Below, one piece after another: positions 59,135 to 64,000 of a stretch of DNA of 64,000 nucleotides (position 1 is the stretch's first letter; each line of letters starts with the position of its first letter). The stretch is from an uncultured virus (IMG/VR IMGVR_UViG_3300020036_009184). Taxonomy: Duplodnaviria > Heunggongvirae > Uroviricota > Caudoviricetes. The position numbers and the translations under genes are program-made. The notes beneath the pieces were generated by a model. It was given only the letters and a program-made list of their open reading frames with translations, searched no databases and had not been told where the DNA came from. The stretch lies in IMG/VR virus record IMGVR_UViG_3300020036_009184, one strand, 5' to 3'.

Positions 59135-59207
59135 CCCTCCTGTACTGTTTTCTCGTAGTCTCCACCCTTTTTTGCTTCTTTTACACCCCAAAAACGAATA
59201 CTGAGTC

Positions 59208-59561
59208 ATGAGAAAACTTATTCTGCCTACAGGCGCCGGAAAAACGGATCGACTGATCAAGGCGTCGGCTTCAACCTGGTGTTATATGGTTGTTCATACC
59301 ATTGAAGACGCGGTGCGGGTGAGCCGGCGAGCATTGGAATTAGGCCTGGATATTCCGCACCCTGTCACGTACTGGGAGTTCAAACAAGGTAATTATTACG
59401 CCAAAGGGATCAAAGGTTTTTTGATCGATAATGCGGATATGTTACTACAATACCTATCTACCGTCCCTGTTGTTGGTATTTCGATCAATAATGATTCATT
59501 GTGCGAAATACAATTGACCGAGGATCAACAAAAGGCACTTCAACCTCTTTCAAGTAACTGA
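59208..59561 (+). CDS. Small P-loop-like phage protein
   Basis: GAGKTDRLI...IPHP...LIDNAD. Confidence 0.6.
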   Translation: MRKLILPTGAGKTDRLIKASASTWCYMVVHTIEDAVRVSRRALELGLDIPHPVTYWEFKQGNYYAKGIKGFLIDNADMLLQYLSTVPVVGISINNDSLCEIQLTEDQQKALQPLSSN

Positions 59562-59564
59562 GCC

Positions 59565-59837
59565 ATGAGATATTTTTCAATCTGCCTATGCGTAACCCTG
59601 TCTACCGGTGTGAATATCATCGGTGATATGCTGGTGCAGTCTATGGATGGGAAATACCCGTCTATGTTCAATCTGAAAGCCGTGTGCGCGAAAAAGGCCG
59701 GCACGCCAGAAAATCCAGCGATCAATGTATCGGTTATGGGTATCACTGAAATGACGGAACAGGATTACAATGACTACATCACGCCGATGCCGAATATCGC
59801 ACCCGGCTCTCTTGTTTCACCTTTTTCTCAAAATTAA
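59565..59837 (+). CDS. Hypothetical protein
   Basis: 90 aa. Confidence 0.5.
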   Translation: MRYFSICLCVTLSTGVNIIGDMLVQSMDGKYPSMFNLKAVCAKKAGTPENPAINVSVMGITEMTEQDYNDYITPMPNIAPGSLVSPFSQN

Positions 59838-60271
59838 TGTGGGCAATCTCTATACGACAACCAAATGCCTCCCTTATTGCCAGCGGGAAGAAGAAATACT
59901 TGGAGATGCCCGGGTATGCTTGGCAGCGGGGGCCTATTTTGATACATGCCTCCAAATTTAGGGATAACTCATTGTTTGTTTCGTATGATATTGATAGCGA
60001 AGTGCTGACGCTGCGTAATCAGGTAGCGCCAAAGAAATACCGGGTGCCGTGGGAGTTATACGTCGCAGAAAAATGCGCTCTTTGTGTTGCAGACCTGGTA
60101 AATATCAAAGAGTTTTACGACAAACCTGACCTCATACGTGGCGCGTGTTGTGATTGGTTGCCAAATGCCTGCCTGTGGGAGTTTGAGAATGTTCGATTGG
60201 TAGAGCGGGTAGATGCGAAGTTGACTGGTGGTTTTATTCAAGTAGATGATTCACTCATAAAATACCTGTAA
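59837..60271 (+). CDS. ASCH domain protein
   Basis: AISIRQP.ASLIASGKK, RGPILIHAS, W.FENVR. Confidence 0.8.
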   Translation: MWAISIRQPNASLIASGKKKYLEMPGYAWQRGPILIHASKFRDNSLFVSYDIDSEVLTLRNQVAPKKYRVPWELYVAEKCALCVADLVNIKEFYDKPDLIRGACCDWLPNACLWEFENVRLVERVDAKLTGGFIQVDDSLIKYL

Positions 60272-60275
60272 AATA

Positions 60276-60542
60276 ATGAATATTCGAAATGATTCAGCCG
60301 GTGCGGTATCGCATGAACACATTCTTAGTAAGGGATTTAGGGTTTTTGAAACCATGAAAGGGAATGATATGGGGCAGATGGAGTGGGAGATACCGCAATA
60401 CTCAAATGGAAGTATAGTAATTACTGGTGGGTACTGGAATTGGGTCGTAAAAGATGCCGAGGGACAAGCGCTTTGGGAGGGATGGTGGAACTCAAATGAT
60501 GAGTTTGATGAAGTCATGAACACACTAAATAGCAACCTATAA
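60276..60542 (+). CDS. Hypothetical protein
   Basis: 88 aa, Trp-rich. Confidence 0.5.
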   Translation: MNIRNDSAGAVSHEHILSKGFRVFETMKGNDMGQMEWEIPQYSNGSIVITGGYWNWVVKDAEGQALWEGWWNSNDEFDEVMNTLNSNL

Positions 60543-60838
60543 TGGAAAAGTACAATATCCGTAGTCCGCATCCAGTCCGTATCTCTCAAATGAGAGTTGG
60601 GGACATCGGCTTTATTGGCGGAGGGTCTTGGCATAAAGTAAAGGGGGCCTTTTTTACGGCTTCTGACCGGTTTTTATATCCCGAGGACGAGACGCACGTC
60701 GTTATGGTTAAAAAGACTGTGGATGGCCTATTCTGCGCTCCTATACCCTGGATGGAGAAACTTGTGGCGGAGAATAAAAAGGATCTTGATCAAAATATTC
60801 GCTGGGTACGGTTCGTGCCTGTAAAAACTGAAAAATAA
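60542..60838 (+). CDS. Hypothetical protein
   Basis: 98 aa. Confidence 0.5.
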   Translation: MEKYNIRSPHPVRISQMRVGDIGFIGGGSWHKVKGAFFTASDRFLYPEDETHVVMVKKTVDGLFCAPIPWMEKLVAENKKDLDQNIRWVRFVPVKTEK

Positions 60839-60839
60839 A

Positions 60840-61175
60840 ATGGGCATAAACTTATTTGTCAAAAAAGTTATCGGCAAAACAACGGAAGAATTATGGAATG
60901 GCAAAACTGTGCCTTTTTATGAAACGGAAGCGCTAGAGACATTCGATTCCATCCGTCATTCTGGAGACCGCGAGTTTGTGGTTGAAAATGAGTTTGTGTT
61001 TATGGATGACCAGAACCCTGTTGAAGAGCAAGAATTGGCTCGGCCAAAAGATTTTGCAAAATGCAGGGAGTGGGTAAAAAACACACGGTATCCAGAAGGG
61101 AATAAGAATAGACTGTTAGGAGCATTAGATATGCTTGAAAACGACGAAAGCCTTGTGTTTAAATGGTCTTGGTAA
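60840..61175 (+). CDS. Hypothetical protein
   Basis: MGINL...FKWSW phage-type protein. Confidence 0.55.
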   Translation: MGINLFVKKVIGKTTEELWNGKTVPFYETEALETFDSIRHSGDREFVVENEFVFMDDQNPVEEQELARPKDFAKCREWVKNTRYPEGNKNRLLGALDMLENDESLVFKWSW

Positions 61176-61176
61176 T

Positions 61177-61818
61177 ATGGAGTTTTATTCAGAACCGCCA
61201 ATCGTAACCTGCGATGTCTGCCAGTACCAGTACATGCCGGCAAAGAGTAAGCGCGAGCAATGCTGTCCAAACTGCGCGCATATCGAAAAGTATGGAGAAT
61301 CGATCTTCGCAATGAAAAAGCGGAAGCAAAAAGAACAGCACGAAAAGTGGCGGAAAAAGGCCCAAGAAAAGCGAAAACTCAATCCACCAACACCGCGTCC
61401 GAAAATAGCAATGCGCTCGGAGAAAGGTAAGGTGATCGCCAGGAAGGTGGCGGAAATGAAGGCTGAGGTAAAGATGGAGGCGCTGGATGGAGAATACGCC
61501 GAGTGTAAAGGATGTGGCCGTCATTTTCAGACAATAGATGCCAGCCATAAGGTTCCGCTATCGCAAAGTATAGCCTTGGCGGCGAATCCGGAGAACATTA
61601 CACTACTATGCCGGGATTGTCACATGAAATGGGAAAACGGAACCGTGCCACAAATGATCGAACTGGATTGCTTTGTTGATGACATGCACTACCTGTTCGA
61701 TATGGATCCGGAGCGGTTCTGGAAGATATTCTATCGGTGCACCGATGAATGGGAAAAGTCTCCAACACCCAAACTCGGGCGTATTATATCAAAAATGGAA
61801 GCATTTGAAGGCAAATAG
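61177..61818 (+). CDS. HNH endonuclease with zinc fingers
   Basis: CKGCG, DASHKVP, NITLLCRDCH. Confidence 0.8.
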   Translation: MEFYSEPPIVTCDVCQYQYMPAKSKREQCCPNCAHIEKYGESIFAMKKRKQKEQHEKWRKKAQEKRKLNPPTPRPKIAMRSEKGKVIARKVAEMKAEVKMEALDGEYAECKGCGRHFQTIDASHKVPLSQSIALAANPENITLLCRDCHMKWENGTVPQMIELDCFVDDMHYLFDMDPERFWKIFYRCTDEWEKSPTPKLGRIISKMEAFEGK

Positions 61819-61820
61819 CG

Positions 61821-61828
61821 TATATTTG
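61821..61828 (+). promoter_or_regulatory. Bacteroidota-type -7 element TATATTTG
   Basis: Upstream of the chaperonin gene. Confidence 0.55.
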
Positions 61829-61867
61829 CCCTCTCGAAATATGTTTTGAACATCAAAAATCATTAAA

Positions 61868-63601
61868 ATGAGTAAAATTATTCAATCCCATGCGCTGTTT
61901 GCCGAGGCAATCACCGAAATGCGGGACCTGGTTGCCTCTACAATGGGGCCATTCGGTTCTCCTGTTATGCTGACCAGGCAAAACCAGCCGGCGCTTATCT
62001 TCCGCGATGGCGCCCAGGTCATTCGTTCCTACATGCCCGCCGACGCGATCAAAGGGAATGCTATTGGCCGTCTACGCGATGCTGCCGAAGCAACCCTGAA
62101 AGCCGCTGGCGATGGCACCAGTACGACGACTGTACTACTGGCAACCCTCTACCTCTCCGCGATGGAACAAATTACGGAGTACGAAAAAGCCGGCCAATCT
62201 GTTGTGCGCCGCCTGGTTGCTGACCGTATTGTTGAAATTCTCGGCCAAATGGAGAAATACCTGGTCGAAAACGCAATCCAGGTCATGGATCCGGACGGCA
62301 ATATCGACATGGGGCTTTTGCAAAAAGTTGCAACCATTTCAGCCAACAACGATGCCGCTATCGGGGAAATCGTGGCAAATCTGGTGGCCCAGATTGGCTC
62401 CGATGGTTCGGTGCAAGTCGAATACTCGAAATCCGGCGAACTGGAAACCGAAAAAATCCCCGGCTACGTATTCCCGGGCGGTTTGTATCACCCATACTTC
62501 CTCCAGCAAGGCCAACGCCAGGAAGAGTGGATTGATCCGTATATCGTACTGGTGAACGATTCCTTGGTTGCTATGAGTGATCTGAATGCGATCACAACAC
62601 CTTTCATGGATAATTCCCTAAAACAAAATGAGGGCCGTGGCCTGGTGTTGGTTTGCAGTGACCTGAATGGAGTCGCCCTCGGGACTGCGATCAGCCGGCA
62701 AATGAAGGGTGGTGGCCTTATGCCGCTTATCTGCGTTCGCCCTCCACGCGGCATTGATGTCAACCAGTTCTTTGAGGACTTATCAGCCCTTACCGGGGCA
62801 AAAGTGTTCTCCAAAGACAAGGGAAGCCTGCTGAAAGACTTCAAATGGCAGAAGGATATTGGTACCTGCACTCGTATTATGTCTTCCCTGCAAAAAACGA
62901 CCATCGTTTATAATCAGCCCGAAGGTCCGACCAACAAACCGACACTTTCTGGCCTGCTGGAACGCCTGGCGTCCGAATACAAAGAAGCAGCAGTTGAAGA
63001 TCAGCCAATAATCCGGGAGCGTATCAATCGCCTGAGCGGTTCGGTTGGTATTATCCGCATCCCGGGGCTTACCCAGGCAGCTGTGGTATGGTCTAAAGAA
63101 ATTGTCGAGGACTCGTACCTGGCGGCACAATCCGCGCTGAAATACGGCGTACTTCCCGGCTGCGGCAAAGCGCTCCTGAATGCTTTTGATCACGTTGTTG
63201 ATATGAATGTGGTTATCTCGCAAGAAAATGAGGATCTTATTGCTTCACTGTCAGTGTCCGGCGCTGTAGGCGAACTCATTCGTTCCATTTTTGCCAATGC
63301 GGGCACGAAAAAACATGCCAGTGACTCAATTATCAGCCTTTTGGGTGGTGCGGATTTTGGGGAAACCATCTCCGTTTCCCCCGAATTTGTTTTCTGGAGC
63401 CGCCGCGTTGCTGACGAAATTGCAGTGGCGCCCGGGCAGCCGGTAAACTCCATTGCAAAACTCGAAGAGCACTGTATTGTCGATGCTGTCGATGCCGGTA
63501 TCCTTGATTCCGCACACGGCGTAATCTCTGCTGTTCGTCATACGGCCTCCGAAATTCACCTCTGGATCACAACACGAAACTGGGTCAAAGAAGATGCATA
63601 A
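61868..63601 (+). CDS. groL: Divergent GroEL-like chaperonin
   Basis: STMGPFG, RDG, AGDGTSTTTVL, VATISANND..IG, EDLSALTGA, ERINRLSG, GVLPGCG, GILD. Confidence 0.9.
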   Translation: MSKIIQSHALFAEAITEMRDLVASTMGPFGSPVMLTRQNQPALIFRDGAQVIRSYMPADAIKGNAIGRLRDAAEATLKAAGDGTSTTTVLLATLYLSAMEQITEYEKAGQSVVRRLVADRIVEILGQMEKYLVENAIQVMDPDGNIDMGLLQKVATISANNDAAIGEIVANLVAQIGSDGSVQVEYSKSGELETEKIPGYVFPGGLYHPYFLQQGQRQEEWIDPYIVLVNDSLVAMSDLNAITTPFMDNSLKQNEGRGLVLVCSDLNGVALGTAISRQMKGGGLMPLICVRPPRGIDVNQFFEDLSALTGAKVFSKDKGSLLKDFKWQKDIGTCTRIMSSLQKTTIVYNQPEGPTNKPTLSGLLERLASEYKEAAVEDQPIIRERINRLSGSVGIIRIPGLTQAAVVWSKEIVEDSYLAAQSALKYGVLPGCGKALLNAFDHVVDMNVVISQENEDLIASLSVSGAVGELIRSIFANAGTKKHASDSIISLLGGADFGETISVSPEFVFWSRRVADEIAVAPGQPVNSIAKLEEHCIVDAVDAGILDSAHGVISAVRHTASEIHLWITTRNWVKEDA

Positions 63602-63944
63602 ACTGTCAGATTACAATCTCGTCCCCAAACACCTCTTGGTGCTTCCTCAATTTGATGACCATTCAGGATCAGTGCTGCAGGTGTCTTCCGTGAATAAGGA
63701 ATTGTCCATCGGCCAGGTAGTCAAGCATAATTCCGGCAGGTTTATCCTGTATTTTTACCCACACGCCGCCGATCACAGCGTGCCGCATGTTGTCCCAGAC
63801 GATAAGGTTTTCAATATCAGTTACAAACGCGCTGCCAGCCAATCCATCAAACTGGTTGATGAAAATGGTGACGAAACAGAATACAAGGTGGTGCATGAAG
63901 ACGATATAACCGGATGGTTCACATCATCTGAGATAACAGCATGA
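63594..63944 (+). CDS. GroES-like co-chaperonin
   Basis: LLVLP, GQVV and EYKVVHEDDI motifs; follows GroEL. Confidence 0.65.
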   Translation: MHKLSDYNLVPKHLLVLPQFDDHSGSVLQVSSVNKELSIGQVVKHNSGRFILYFYPHAADHSVPHVVPDDKVFNISYKRAASQSIKLVDENGDETEYKVVHEDDITGWFTSSEITA

Positions 63945-64000
63945 TACCGAATACAAACTATGTCCTGGTGCGACCGATAGGTACACCAGGACATCATCAT
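63941..64000 (+). CDS. 3' partial ORF, possibly a second GroES-like protein
   Basis: MIPNTNYVLVRPI resembles a GroES N-terminus; only 20 aa visible. Confidence 0.35.
   Translation, partial: MIPNTNYVLVRPIGTPGHHH

Larger units (their letters stand above)
1..64000. mobile_element. Large tailed phage or prophage of Bacteroidota with crAss-like virion gene order; both ends lie outside the window
   Basis: Capsid/tail/ejection block, amidase, primase-helicase, many small ORFs, no host-type operons, TAnnTTTG promoter motifs. Confidence 0.9.

Noticed and set aside
1..64000. Stop-codon reassignment, as in some crAss-like phages
   Set aside because: Genes are full length under the standard code; TAG and TGA terminate genes, and no clear suppressor tRNA was found
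1..64000. Diversity-generating retroelement or retron
   Set aside because: No reverse transcriptase motifs and no template/variable repeat pair noticed

Overview
The window is almost entirely a large dsDNA tailed phage (or prophage) of a Bacteroidota host, with a crAss-like podovirus virion module. 1-22 kb (+): putative scaffold, major capsid, ring/tail-tube proteins, a tail stabilisation gene split by a single extra base, and three probable ejection proteins including a 2761-aa polyvalent protein. 22-30.7 kb (+): amidase, primase-helicase, tyrosine recombinase, adenine MTase and HU. 30.8-53.1 kb (mostly -): secreted glycoside hydrolase and astacin-like protease, two MTase genes bounded by attC-like palindromes, a putative replication locus with a likely antisense RNA, ArsR-like regulator, beta clamp, SSB-like protein, RadC and many small early-type genes. 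53.2-54.4 kb: non-coding divergence zone with extreme strand asymmetry. 54.5-64 kb (+): small genes, two tRNA-like RNAs with about 95-nt inserts in place of the anticodon arm, RuvA, ASCH, HNH, GroEL and GroES-like genes. Repeated TAnnTTTG promoter motifs and AQ-type signal peptides support the host call. The strongest candidate for an undescribed system is the integron-like cassette array at 34.0-35.9 kb, followed by the giant tRNA-like RNAs. All product calls come from motif recognition by eye; no database search was run.
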